Positions 1 through 12,180 are shown, numbered from the stretch's first letter. The stretch is 64,000 bases of DNA from Chlorokybus atmophyticus (GCA_009103225.1 RHPI01002533.1:276841-340840); one strand, 5' to 3'. The notes: generated by a model from the sequence alone, not told the origin. Program-made: numbers and translations.

Positions 1-3000
1 CAACTGGCACTTGAACAAGGCAAACAATGTGGAAAGTTTGCACGTAACTCTCAGTGGGCTCATACAAAACTTGCCTTTTGCAGATGCTTGCTTCCACATG
101 CTGCCTTGCAAATATCATGCGCTTCACCCACTGCATAAAGCGTTCATGTGCCCACTCCCAGTGGTCACGCGTCGGACCAAGCCACATGCACTGCTCTGGT
201 AGATGGCCAAGGAGGTGCAGCATCATTGTGAGAGAAGTTTGCGGGAAGAACAGCTCCACTTCAGACTGTGCCTCATGCACCAGCACCTGCAGCAAGTAAT
301 AAGCTATGCATGCTATAGAAGCTGGGCATGCAGAGTAAAGTGTTATTAAAGCCAACCTTCAATTCTTCGAGGTGTGACTGCTTTACTTCCAATGCAGTCA
401 GCCGTTGATAGATGTCGCATAGTTTGAAGATGATTCTCTTCTGATCTTCTCTAATGTCGTGTGCAGAGCGCAGCACGTACTGAAAAACGACCGACCATAA
501 GTTGTGCTTGTCGTGCAATTTCATCGAGCCTGCATGCTCCATGTCAAAAGTTTCATGCATGGTAAATCATTGCTTTAGCGTAAACACAAAACATATAACG
601 GCTATCTCACCTAAATGCTTTGTGAAAGACCGCAGTTTCGAGCTGAAAGTGCTTGAAACCCTCACGCCGGAGAGCAATTGCTCAACCAGTCCTACATCTG
701 TGATTGTCCATGGAGCCTGGGGTTTTACCTTGACTGCGACTTCCTTTCCATCCTTCATCTTCATCGCTGTCTGCAGCACATAGGTTCAAGTCCTTAGTTA
801 AATCCAACTATGGCACATGTCAACGAGGCCGACTATATACGTACCTCTAGCCAGAGTTCAGGCATGCGGCCTTGCTGCTGCAGATCTTCTCGTGATTCGA
901 TGCTGTCGCGCAAGCCAGCTAGAAGATTTGCAAAGTTGATTGCCAGGTTGGCAAAAATGTGCATAGGGCCAACCACATGACCTTTGACAGATTTTTGTAA
1001 CGGTAGCCAATATGGAAGGTCGTGAAAACAGCTCAGTCCAAGGATGCCGGAGGTCTTTGATGGATGTCTCTTGGAGTGCAGTGGACGCTTGGTGTTGCGA
1101 GATGTCATAGCATACCTAATCACATGGCATCCATTGCTGACATACCTATGTTCTGCAACCGAATGCGCAATTAATTGAGATTGCTCACCTGTACACGCTC
1201 TCTGCAGTCCGCATGGGTGGTGGAGGTCTGTCTTCTGGTTGCGGCCAACGCTCATCAACTCTGTAAGGATGGTCATCTAGTAGGTATTGGCGGTGGCCTT
1301 GATAGATCACCTTTTTGAGAAGTTCCACATGTTCTCCACTGCACTCGCACTTTGAACAGCCAAAGATGGCTCCATGCGCCATCTGCAAGGCAGCTTTTGC
1401 CAGAGCTGCGCAACCAACATGATGTACTTCAGTAGCCACAACCATGGTTGCAAGGATAGTCCGATATACAGATACAGTCAGACACTGATAACAGTAAGTG
1501 CAAACACTGCTGCTGCTTGCGTACCTGGGTAATCATGGATTACAATCTCCAGAATAGATCTGCAACGAAAAACTGCATCGCGGTGGCTGTCATATATGTC
1601 CATACCTACAACAAATGCTAGCAAATTACATGCCTCAGTCATGCGCATTTGTCAAGCATGACTGCAGTAATGGAAGCTGCTTATCCTAGCTGCGTTGAAA
1701 CCATACCTTCCCAGAGATCTCCCAACTGGTCAATAATTGGCTTGAGATAAGCCTGAAGATTCTCTGGCTGTATGGGTCCAAGAATTACAGCAAGAAGAAA
1801 TGTAGTGTCTGTCTTGTGCATCTTGGTAATGGGCAGGTTCAACACTGAGATTATGACAACCCAAAACTTATAGTTCCCTGCAACTCAACAAACCCTTTGC
1901 TGCCATTCGTACAGTTACACTGCAACGAGCATACAGAAAAAAAAATGCTCTTTTATACCTTTGTGCGGATCTTTGAACGGGTTCATCCCGTCGATGAACA
2001 TCGCTAGGCGCACATTGCGTGGTTCTTTGGCAAACCGGCTGTAGCGTTGTTCAGTGTCCTTGAACATTGGCGAGTCTGACAGCAGCAAGTACACCAAGGG
2101 CTTACGACCAACTGCCCCAGCCCCACAACACATTCAAACATGCATACAATCGCAAGGCTGGATACTGAGGTCTTACATACCGCCCCAGCACCTTGCCGAC
2201 ACACAAACAAACACAGGCAAGGACACCGAGGTCTTACATGCCGCTTCAGCGCCACGCCGACACACAAACAAACACAGGCAAAGACACCGAGGTCTTACAT
2301 GCCGCCTCAGCGCCACGCACACAAAAGCACAAGGCACGGACACTGAGGGCTTACATTAGACTGCCCCAGCCGCTCACCAACACAATCATGCACACAGTCG
2401 TGCCTCATTTACCACTGAACTTGGCAATGTTACCGTGTATAGATCGCATAATCCCATCCTGACTTCGATTTGTGTGCGCCATCATCTCCGCAGCAACACT
2501 AGGTTTTAGGTACAGAGCCCTCAGCGCAGCAGGCACGTCAAAGTAACGCCCAATCTTCCATGCAACTTGTCTACCTCCTATGTTGCGGTAGCGAGGGGCC
2601 TTGCAGACTGCATAAGCAAGTCGTATGCTGATGGGACATGCTAATCAAATCCCATTGTAGTGAACATTTGCAATAATTGCTCACCTTTGCAAAGTATCCT
2701 GTTGGCATGTCGGCCACAATACAACATGTGATCACCGCGACAGGCATCATATGTGTGGAAGCCCATGTTGAGGCCTTCAAGGCATTTCAATAGCTCGTGC
2801 ATGCTGCCTGGCATCTTATTCTCCTTAGGCAAGAGGATGCCACGCAACAACCTGGCACACAGAAACACATCAGTTCTGGACAGGCTGATGGTTCAAGCAG
2901 TCAGCAGTGTAATTTGCCCACCAACCTGAGCAGTATATTCATGAAATTGAAGGGTATTCAATGTAGCTGCGCCAGAACCAATAGCAGCATGGAAATGCCT

Positions 3001-3879
3001 AGAGGGGTTGTACGAGAGCCAAAAACAACAGGGTTGCTTGCATTATCCAGCAACGCAGCATTTACCTTGTCAAGTAGCATGGCATCATCAACGCATTTAG
3101 CCTCGTCCGGCTGCGATTCCACATCGGTTTCATAATCTTGGTCTTCGCCGGCAACATCACCTTGCTCCGCATCACCTTGCTCCGCATCGACTTGCTCAGC
3201 AGTGGAGGTGCAGTGCACTGGCGTCTCAGGCTCTACTTGTCCATTTGTGGATTTGGATCTGGCACCTTGATGCTCTTGCAATGTAGCATTATCAATTCCA
3301 CAAAATGCTGGGTGAGATCCGCGTTGTTCTCCATAAGCACACTGTCCTTCATCAGCACACGGATTACAACCTGCCAGCTGCAATGAGTCTAGTGGCACAT
3401 GAACAATGAGAGGCACAGCATCAGCAATGTCGACATGCCACGCAAGTCAGGTCGTACCTGCTGGTTGCAAGTTGGCTGCAACATTGAAAGGAGATTCAAC
3501 ACTCGGTTGCAATGGTGTGCCTGTGTCAACATGTTCAGTAGCGTCGTTCCCAACTAGCAATTGTTTGGTATCATGGAGAGCTTCACCTGGGGCAAGCCAG
3601 ATCAATGATCAGACAGCCTGTTGTATAGATTCACAGCTGTAGAGAAGGTGCTCTTGTACCTGACGACATGTGTAAGGATGCAGCAGCAACATCAGCATCA
3701 GCTTCTTCAAGTTCAAGGGGTTGTAGTCGATCACGGTATTCAGGAGCAACAGCTTCTGAAGTGCCACACCACATGTTTTTGCCAAAGTTTTCAGGATATT
3801 CAGCCCTTTCAATGTGGTTGTGTGTGAACACTTTGCTCCCTTTGCAGTCGCGGCAAAAACACTTGCGAAAGTAGCTCAT
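1..3879 (-). pseudogene. CACTA transposase (TnpD/Tnp2 type), multi-exon, disrupted, runs off window
   Basis: Ordered motifs on minus strand: KCFCRDCKG, LLPKENKMPGSMHE..YDAC, DGIMRSIH|DSPMFKD (intron 2076-2433), FAKEPRNVRLAMFIDGMNPF, VLNLP..YLKPIIDQLGDLW, KKVIYQGHRQYLLDDHPYR, LPYW..HVVGPMHI (usual D replaced by G), KLHDKH, FFPQ..MLHLLGHL..WAHERFM. At least one frameshift near 1790. Confidence 0.93.
2095..2372. repeat. ~60-bp degenerate tandem repeat (about 5 units) in a transposase intron
   Basis: Units with core GAGG(G/T)CTTACAT..CC(C)CAGC and ACACACAAACAAACACAGGCAA; lies wholly inside the GT..AG intron 2076-2433 whose removal restores HDSPMF. Confidence 0.9.
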
Positions 3880-4168
3880 GCTACAAACATCAAAAGCAGT
3901 CAGCCAACATACTGCAAGCAACTTCCAATCAACTTCCATACAACCAAAGCAAAAACCTGCAGGCACGCTGGCGCCGCTAACACCGCCGCCGTCGCCGCCG
4001 TCATGACTGCCTACCGTAAATTAGGGTTTAGGACACATCCAATCCCGATTCAAAACAAGCCGGAAAGTCAATCCGGATATGCTCCACAATTTGCGTACGT
4101 GCTCCTTTTCTTCTTCCGTCCAGTGCATTAGCTTCTAGGGTTTGTGTGCCAGGCAGCGTGGCGCCAGC

Positions 4169-5806
4169 ATGCGCGGCGTCAAAGTGTGTAGCTTCTGCAA
4201 AGCATACTTGGTTAAGAATGGCAACAACAAACGTCTGCAACAGCATGAAGAGAAGTGCAAGCTGTACAGTGAGCAGTATGGCTTCTATGAAGCCTGCTGG
4301 CACCACAAGGCAAGGGGGGACAATGTGAGGCAATGCAGACTGCTGGCACAATGCATGAGGCCAGATTTCTTTCGGGAGGAGTGCACTTGCCTGCAGTGCT
4401 CGCTTTCCAAGTTTGAGTGGGACGGCGAGCCCATGAATCACCTGCCTTGGGCACGGCCTGGAGCATATCATGATGGGCAGATGTGCAATGTGCTTCGACG
4501 TCAGCTCGTGCGCAACGGTCGCGGCAAGTCCACTGTAATCGAAGATGTCAACAACAGGGTGAGTTGAACTGTCCTTGCAAACAGCAAAACAGCGCTTGCA
4601 TGCATGACCAACTTACTCTTGAATGCCAAAGGGGAACGCGGTTGTCGACAATGTCGCGACACTGGCTGCTTGGCGGAAGGAGATTGTTGATGAGGGGCAG
4701 TCTTTGGTAGCATGCCGCGTTGTGGTGTACTGGCCAGGAATGAGCTCCTGGTATGCAGGCCACATCATCACTTTTGATGCCAACACAGGTATATTGCAGA
4801 GTATTTACATGCGCACGCTCATGCAAGCACCGGCTCAGGCAAACATGTGGCTCAGGAAAACATACCATCAAGTACGACGATTTCGTTGAGGACCCACGGC
4901 TGCACCACATCTTGATAAAGAACTGGAACATGGCAGCTGTGCGTGAGGGTTACGACGTAATGGTTCGTGTTGGTGGTCAAAGCTGTCTGAAACTGCAAGA
5001 CTTGCTGGTCGAGAGCTCGATTGATGGCCCAAGCCCCCACCCCTTCTGATCACACACACACCAATAGACTCAAGCGGAAGACGTTGCAGGCCGCGCGCAC
5101 TGGATGTCTTTTGCGGCGCTGGTAGTGTAGCCATGGGTCTGTACAGGGCAGGGTCTGATGTTGAGGGCATCGACAACAAGCCACAACCGTCATACCCATT
5201 CAAGTTCTGCCAGATGGATGCAATAGACGCTGACCCGACAGCATACGCTGCGGTGTGGGCAAGTCCTCCATGTCAAGCTCTAAGTGGGGCCATTCCCACT
5301 ACACAGCGCTCCGCGTACGGCAATCGATGGGAGCACGTCAACCTGATTGACCCCATAAGAGCCAAGTTGCAGTTGAGCGGCAAGCCATGGGTGATAGAGA
5401 ATGTCGCAGGCGCATCAGGACACATGACAACTCACCTTAAGCTGTGTGGCACCATGTTCAAGTTGGATGTGTATCGTCATCGCATCTTCGAGACAAACCC
5501 TCCACTGCACTAAGACTTGAAATGCAACCACACTGGTTGTGCACTTGGAGAGCTGGCCACCCACCCGGAGCAGCGCCGGCAGTTGCTACCTGGGGAGAGG
5601 CAAATTTACCCGGTGTACGGCCAAGCATCCTGCCGTGGCACGATTGCAGGGTGGCAGTCTGCCATGCAGGTGGAGTGGATGGATGCGGAATCGGAAGTCA
5701 AGAATGCCATTCCANAAATGCCATTCCACCAACTTACTAAAAGCATGTAGGCAGGCTGTTGCTGGAAGCAATAGGCTTCACAGTTGATTACCCTGCTTTT
5801 TACTAA
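4169..5806 (+). pseudogene. Spliced C2HC-zinc-finger / Tudor / C5 cytosine DNA methyltransferase gene with two premature TAA stops
   Basis: CSFC-x15-H-x3-C at N-terminus; introns 4559-4631 and 4789-4855 give LVACRVVVYWPGMSSWYAGHIITFDANTGKHTIKYDD (Tudor-like); probable intron 4943-5067; then LDVFCGAG (motif I, 5100), ASPPCQ (motif IV, Cys 5271-5273), VIENV (VI), RHRIF (VIII), NAIPPTY (X). Stops at 5511-5513 and after AIPPTY; single N at 5716 inside a short duplication. Confidence 0.88.
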
Positions 5807-6849
5807 AAGGTAGAGGTAGCTCTTGATTGCTGGCCACTTTGTTAGCCTGAACTCAAACCCAACAACAGAATGAGCGACCCAATAAAGTCAGCCAGAGGTC
5901 TTAATCACGAGGGTGCCTCTGTTTGCCAGCACGGGAAAGACTGACCTGCTGGGCAGAGTCTCTTTCAGAGCACCTTCATGCCCTGTTGCGCCGTCCGCCC
6001 ACCCGAGACTAGACCTCCTGCGGGTTCACTGCGAACGCAGGGTATGGTCCAACCAAAGCTGACTCACGAAAGTCATGAACCAGAGGCTCTGAGCATGTGC
6101 ACAAAGTCTACAGTACGTGACGTGCGCGAGACGGCTCTGCAGGACCACATCCTGCGTTTGCAGTCAACCCGCAGGAAGTTTTGTGTCGGGTGGGTGGGCG
6201 GAGAAGGAGAACTTCTAGGTTGCTGTGCGCATGCCTTTGGTTGCGTGCAATCTTTGGACACATGCCCGGTTGCAGCGGTTGCCGGGGCCAGTACGAGGGC
6301 GTGCCAGTACGAGGGCGGCATGTCAACAGCTGAGTCACCATATCCGCTGACATGTACACCTCGGGATTGCACAAAGATCTCGGAATTGTACTTCCTCTAT
6401 CCTGTACAATGACCACGAGATTGTCTTTCCTCTATCCTGTCATGTCAAGCTCCTGTCATGTCACCTGGAAGAACACCTCCACTTCCTGCTGGTTAGCAGC
6501 GAAAGCAGGTGGCACAGGCAAGAAGGGGGCAAGAAAGTGAGCAAGAAGGGGAATTCATCACAGGGTGTTGCCCCTACGCTCTGCATACAAAGACAGAATG
6601 AGCAAGCAGAGGGCTTATTCACGAGGATGCCTCTGCATTCAGCATGAGCTCAGACCCAAATCGAGAATGAGAAAACAGAGGGCTAAATCAAAAAGATGCC
6701 TGTGTGTTCAGCTGGAATTAATATATACACTTACACATGAGGTTGGCCCTACGCTGCGAGAACGATGTATGTTCGTTCTTAACAAGCTCTCTAATTCTGC
6801 ACAGGCATGGTGAGGTAGCAGAGGCTCCTGCAAACACAACCGCAGCAAA

Positions 6850-7499
6850 TGTTAACGAGAGCAATACTTGCAACTTTTGCTATTGTACAAGCAGTGTCCA
6901 TGCGTGTTCCAACCTGCAAAGCTGGTAGTCGTGAAGTGAACAACCTCGAGGTTGCTGTTACAGCTACCTCTGCTGCTGCGGCTGCTGCGGCTTCTGTGTT
7001 TCCTTCTGCTCCCGCCGCTGCTTCCGCTGCTCCTTTCCCTGCTGAGCCATTCGCTTTATCTGTTGGCGCTCCTCCTCCTTCTGCCGCTTGAGCTGCTGAC
7101 GCAGCTGCTCCTGCTGCTCAAGGGTCTCCTGTGCAGCTATCATCTCCTGCTCACGCTAATATGCAGCTTGATGTGCCAGCTTCTTGCCCTCCCGACGACT
7201 GTTGATTTGTTCCAATCGTTCCAATTTCCGCAACCTGCTTGGCCTTGCTTTGCCGAACTCAAACTTTGAACTATCTAGGAGGTGTGCTTGCTGTTTAACA
7301 AGCAAGGTCCGTTCTATAAGTCTTGGCAGCCGACACAAGCAAAATCGAACTGATCAGCATTCCAATCTTGGTTGCAAGGACCCTTGGGCACGCCAATGCT
7401 CACTAATTTCCTAAGTCCCTGGAGAAACAGTTGTAGTTTAAGGGCCTTAGGCACCAGCTCAACGCAGATGTTTGCCACCCCGCACAATTTTGCAAACTG
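6850..7499 (-). pseudogene. 3' part of OTU/gag-like gene (gag-like helix plus coiled coil), downstream of the Copia-1 insertion
   Basis: Removing Copia-1 and one TSD copy restores KYNAQFAKLC..LQLFLQGLRK; followed by a Q/E/K-rich coiled-coil with stops. Confidence 0.6.
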
Positions 7500-7504
7500 C
7501 GCGT

Positions 7505-7906
7505 TGTTGAGAAGCAAGCATGCAAGTGAAGAGGGCAAGCAATGACACACAGGAGAAGGCAACACACTTCCCGATTTATTACCAACAGACCGCGGGGTTA
7601 TATACCCGCCAGTCAGTACACAGTTTGTACACACTGCTGGTCTACATGCAACAGCGTCCGATATACTGAACCATATCCTACGCTGTAAGATGTGCCACGT
7701 AGCTAACTTGATAAGCTTTGTAACAAGCTATGCCACGTCCTATAAGACTAAGTATCATGGGAGATATGACGATTCTCCTAGGACCCTTCTCTGCAGTCCG
7801 CGCCAGGACCTTCTTGTCCGGAGTCTTCGAGGTCCTCCCATCGAGGTCCCTTCTCTTCTCTCTTGTATGCAGGGCAGGCTGACCGGATGTAGGAATATCT
7901 TCAACA
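7505..7906 (-). repeat. Copia-1 3' LTR
   Basis: TGTTGAGA..TTCAACA, near-identical to 12253-12654. Confidence 0.97.
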
Positions 7907-7951
7907 CTCCCACGCTGGCAGCTTGGCCTCTAACGCTTGGTCTTCTTTCAC

Positions 7952-10900
7952 CTAAGCACATATGCCGAGTCCCTTGCAACATGCCTTGAACTTCAGCGGT
8001 GACAGTGGCTTCGTCATGAAGTCCGCGAGCATGTCTTCCGTATTGCAATATTGGAACTCAACCTCCTTGCGTGTGACTCTGTCTCGCACAAAGTGATGCA
8101 TGACATCAATGTGCTTTGTCCTTGTCGAGGCAATGGGGTGCTTCAGCAACTTAATGGCGCCTTGGTTGTCGCAGTTGATCGTGATGCACGCCATCGGGTG
8201 CTCCAGATCTGCCATCAGCTTGCGAAGCCATAACGCCTCCTTTACTGCAGCCAATGCTGCCATGTACTCCGCTTCCGAAGTAGATGCAGCTGTTGTGGGT
8301 TGCAGCCTACTGTTCCAGCTCACCACGCCTCCATTCAACTTGAAGACGTACGCCGTGGTGGACCTCCTGCTATCGAGGTCACCTGCAAAGTCTGCGTCGC
8401 AATAGCCCTCCATCTCTGTGCTTCCGCAACCAAACTTGATGCCAACACTTGCGCTTCCAGCCACGTAGCGCAATACTCCCTTCGCTGCACGCCAGTGCTC
8501 CATGCTTGGTGCAGACATGTAGCGCGCAAGCACTCCAACTGCATGTGCGATGTCGGGTCTTGTGCACACTGCTAGGTAGAGCATACTCCCAACAAGCTCA
8601 CCATAGGGATACTGAGCCTTGTCGAGTACTTCCTCATCTTTCGCTTTGACGAGGTTGGTGCCGAGTGCCAATGGAGTAGACTTGGTCTTTGCTTCATTGA
8701 GTCCGAACTTGGTGACAAGTTGCTTCACCATCTGCTCTTGACTGATCTTGATTGTGCATGCTGCTCTGTCACGCTCTATCACCATGCCAAGAAATAACTT
8801 GACCTCTCCAAGGTCGCGTACTGCGAATGCTTGCTGCAATCCGTGCTTCGTTTCCTTCAGGTCTTCAACTTGCTTGGCCGTGACGATGATGTCGTCCACA
8901 TACACGAGCAAGTAAACCTTCTTCTCTTCATGGATGAAGAGCCCCGGATCCGCTGAGGATGCTTTGTAGCCGAGTTTCTCCAACTCTTTCGTGAGGCGAA
9001 TGTGCCACACACGTGGTGCTTGTCGCAGCCCATACAAAGCCTTGATCAACTTGCAAGCCATGCCTGGCTCCCCTTCTGCGTAGCCTGGTGGTTGCTTGGT
9101 GTAGATCTCTTCCTCCAGCTCTCCGTAAAGGAAAGCAGTCTTCACATCAAGGTGGTGACACTCGAGGTCTTCAGCAGCAACCATGGCGATTAATGTGCGG
9201 AAGGTTGCATGCTTACTTGCAGGTGCAAACACTTCATTGAAATCCACACCTTCTTGTTGCAAAAATCCCTTTGCCACCAACCTTGCCTTGTAGCGCTCGA
9301 TGTTGCCTTGACCATCACGCTTCACCTTGAACACCCACTTGACCGGAATGGGCTTCACACCTTGCGGGGGCTTCTCCAACACCCATGTGTTGTTGGCATG
9401 GAGTGATGCAATCTCATCATCCATAGCTCGCTGCCATTGTTCTGCATCTGGTGCTCGCAATGCCTCCTCGTAGGTGCTTGGTTCTTCACTCTCGTCATTG
9501 TGCACACTAGCGATGTGTGCCTTGTAGAAGTCAGGTGCTTGTCTTTCCCTCACTGGGTAGCGTCGAGCTTGCTCCTGCTGCTTCTGCTTCTCGCCTGCTA
9601 CAGATGAGCCCTGCTCTTTATTGATGACTGATGCCTCGCCTTCAACCTCTTCTCTGCTTGAAAGCTCTTCAGGTTGTGCTTTGTCATCTTCATCTTGAGG
9701 GTAGAAACCTTCTTCAGCTTCAACTTGTGATGAGCCTTCGTGGAACACGACTTCTCTGCTCACCACAATCTTGCGCGTGTCCTCCAGTAGGACCTTGTAC
9801 GCCTTTGAGCCTGGTTCGTAGCCAACGAAGATGCCCTTCTTGCTGACCGGCTCCAACTTGTGTCGCAATTGACTTGGCACAAGTGCATATGCCACACATC
9901 CGAACACACGCATGCCACTCACATCTGGCGCTTCACCGTAAAAGAGCTCCCACGGAGTCTTTTGCTCAGAGCTTATCGGTGAACGGTTGCGGATGTAGTT
10001 GGCAGTGAGAACGGCCTCTTTCCACAGACTGTCCTCCAACTTGGTGTCATTGAGCATGGCTCGAACACGCTCCAACAACGTTCGGTTGAGACGTTCAGCT
10101 GCTCCATTCTGCTGCGGAGTGTATGGTGCTGTTGTCTCATGCCGTATGCCTTTGCTGGCGAAGAACTCTTTGAGCTGGGCGTTGATGTACTCCCCTCCTC
10201 GATCACTTCTCATTGCTTTCATCTTCTTGCCCGATTGAATCTCAAGCAATGCAATGACTGTACGCACAGCTCCAGCGACTTCTGACTTTTGAATCAAAGG
10301 GAAGACGATGGAAAGCTTGCTGTAGTCGTCGAGGAATGTTGCAAAGTACCTTACCCCTCCTTTCGCCACAATGCGCATAGGCCCGCAAACGTCCATGTGC
10401 ACAAGCTCGCAGGGATGTTTGCTACTTGAAGAAGATGATGAGAACGGCATGCGATGCTGCTTGGCCAACACACAGGGTTCACAGAGCGTAGTTGAAGACG
10501 CTTGAAAATCTTCCTTGCTCTCAGTAATGCCCTTTACCATGTCTTCAGCGACCAGGCGTGTGAGGTTGCTATAGCCCAAATGCCCGAACCTTCGATGCCA
10601 AAGCTCAGCCGTTCCTTTCTTCTTCACAATCATGGCCTTGCTGCCATGAGTTTGCTCCACAATGTAGAGCCCTCCTCGTTGGGTGCCGACCATGTACTCG
10701 ACCCCATCCATGCGTACGGAGCAGCGTCCCTCCCGGATCACTATCTCAGCTCCCACGCGCTCAGCAACTCTCACAGAAAACAAGCTTGCAGCAGCTCCAG
10801 GTACGTGCAATACTTCACGCAGTACCACCTCTCTCTCACCATCACCAAACTTGCATTGAAGCCTCACTTCACCAACTCCTATTGCTTCCAACTCGTGACC

Positions 10901-11833
10901 ACTAAAGCCTTCCACCTTCCTTGTGGTTGACATCTTCCTGTAGTTCTCAATCACCTCCTTGTGCGGTGTGAGATGCTGGTCACAGCCTGAGTCAATTGCC
11001 CATGAAGTTGTATCAAACTTCCTTGAGGCAGTAAATGCAACACCCTTTTCTTTGCGTTGAGCGTTGCTACTGGTGCCTGCTTCAGATTGCTCTCGTTGGC
11101 GCTTACGACAATCCTTTGAAATATGTCCTTTAATACCACAATAGTGGCATGTGAGATTCTTGAACTTTGAGTTGCTGCCTTTCGCCTTGTTCTTGTCTTC
11201 ATAGTTGCTTAATTTCTTGTATTTGTCTCGTGTGTAGAAGGCCACAGAGTCCGCTTGCTCTTCCTTCTTTGAGACGCGTTGCTCCACAGTGAGCAACTTG
11301 GGTAGCACATCGTCTAGGGTTAGCTCCGATGACGATGTCTCGAGCAGAGTAGCGACAACTTCGTACTCTAATGGCAGTCCTGCAACAATCGCCAATACGA
11401 CCTCCGTCTCTTCCATCTTGTGGCCGACGTTGATGAGGTCCGCCCACAGCTCTCTCGCACGTGCAACATACTTTGTGACCGGCTCGGCCGTCTCTTTTTG
11501 AAGCGCGCTTAGCTGCTTGCGTAATTGTATCTTGCTGGCGTTGTTCTTGGCTTGAAATACGGCTGCAAGCTTCTCCCAAGCTTGTCTGCCATCTTCCCAT
11601 GCTGTGAGCATGGGAAAGTGATGTGGCTTGCAATTAAGCACCATCAATGAATGTGCTTCAACTGAGTGTTCAAGCCAGATGCTTTCTTCTCCTGCTCTTG
11701 GTGCAGATGCCTTCGGGTCAACATACTTCCACATCTTCTTGTGGATAAGTAGTGCCTTTATTTCTACGCACCAAGTGCTGTAATTGTTTGTGTCCAGCTT
11801 TGTGATCAGCCCTTTATCGTAGCTTGCCTCCAT
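7952..11833 (-). CDS. Copia gag-pol polyprotein (gag, zinc knuckle, protease, integrase, RT, RNase H)
   Basis: CHYCGIKGHISKDC, AIDSGC, LWHRRFGH, VHMDVCGP, RSDRGGEY, PQQNGAAER, YKARLVAKG, LVYVDD, YCDADFAGD, CDNQGA; Copia domain order; uninterrupted. Confidence 0.98.
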   Translation of the reverse strand: MEASYDKGLITKLDTNNYSTWCVEIKALLIHKKMWKYVDPKASAPRAGEESIWLEHSVEAHSLMVLNCKPHHFPMLTAWEDGRQAWEKLAAVFQAKNNASKIQLRKQLSALQKETAEPVTKYVARARELWADLINVGHKMEETEVVLAIVAGLPLEYEVVATLLETSSSELTLDDVLPKLLTVEQRVSKKEEQADSVAFYTRDKYKKLSNYEDKNKAKGSNSKFKNLTCHYCGIKGHISKDCRKRQREQSEAGTSSNAQRKEKGVAFTASRKFDTTSWAIDSGCDQHLTPHKEVIENYRKMSTTRKVEGFSGHELEAIGVGEVRLQCKFGDGEREVVLREVLHVPGAAASLFSVRVAERVGAEIVIREGRCSVRMDGVEYMVGTQRGGLYIVEQTHGSKAMIVKKKGTAELWHRRFGHLGYSNLTRLVAEDMVKGITESKEDFQASSTTLCEPCVLAKQHRMPFSSSSSSSKHPCELVHMDVCGPMRIVAKGGVRYFATFLDDYSKLSIVFPLIQKSEVAGAVRTVIALLEIQSGKKMKAMRSDRGGEYINAQLKEFFASKGIRHETTAPYTPQQNGAAERLNRTLLERVRAMLNDTKLEDSLWKEAVLTANYIRNRSPISSEQKTPWELFYGEAPDVSGMRVFGCVAYALVPSQLRHKLEPVSKKGIFVGYEPGSKAYKVLLEDTRKIVVSREVVFHEGSSQVEAEEGFYPQDEDDKAQPEELSSREEVEGEASVINKEQGSSVAGEKQKQQEQARRYPVRERQAPDFYKAHIASVHNDESEEPSTYEEALRAPDAEQWQRAMDDEIASLHANNTWVLEKPPQGVKPIPVKWVFKVKRDGQGNIERYKARLVAKGFLQQEGVDFNEVFAPASKHATFRTLIAMVAAEDLECHHLDVKTAFLYGELEEEIYTKQPPGYAEGEPGMACKLIKALYGLRQAPRVWHIRLTKELEKLGYKASSADPGLFIHEEKKVYLLVYVDDIIVTAKQVEDLKETKHGLQQAFAVRDLGEVKLFLGMVIERDRAACTIKISQEQMVKQLVTKFGLNEAKTKSTPLALGTNLVKAKDEEVLDKAQYPYGELVGSMLYLAVCTRPDIAHAVGVLARYMSAPSMEHWRAAKGVLRYVAGSASVGIKFGCGSTEMEGYCDADFAGDLDSRRSTTAYVFKLNGGVVSWNSRLQPTTAASTSEAEYMAALAAVKEALWLRKLMADLEHPMACITINCDNQGAIKLLKHPIASTRTKHIDVMHHFVRDRVTRKEVEFQYCNTEDMLADFMTKPLSPLKFKACCKGLGICA

Positions 11834-11904
11834 CTTTGCCGTGCCTGCTTTCTTCTTGCAGTTAGCACTCGAGACTTGCTTTGATAATCTTCACGTGTTG
11901 TGAC

Positions 11905-12180
11905 TTGAATGACTTTGAATGACTTAAGTGTCTTCGGTCTTCACTTCACTCTTTAGTGAGTTTTATGATTTCAGTCTTGACAACACTCTGTAGTGACTTT
12001 AATGACTTCAGTCTTATCTTCACTCTTTGGTGACTTTAATGACTTCGGTCTTGTCTTCACTCTTTGGTGACTATAATGACTTCGGTCTTCAGTGACTTCG
12101 CTTTACTTTACTTCACGTGATGTAGCGTCTTCACTTCAGTAACTTCAGTCTTGAATGACTTCAGTCTTCACTTCAGTGCA
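11905..12180. repeat. Degenerate short tandem repeats in the Copia-1 5' leader
   Basis: Recurrent AATGACTTC(A/G)GTCTT..CACTCTTT units between PBS and ATG. Confidence 0.7.

Noticed and set aside
6017-6081. Pseudoknot-like RNA (CCTGCG/CGCAGG, GGTTCA/TGAACC, TGACT/AGTCA) as an HDV-like or hammerhead ribozyme
   Set aside because: Only 7 nt where HDV needs P3-L3-P3, no J4/2 catalytic C segment, and no CUGANGA/GAAA core; short helices can arise by chance.
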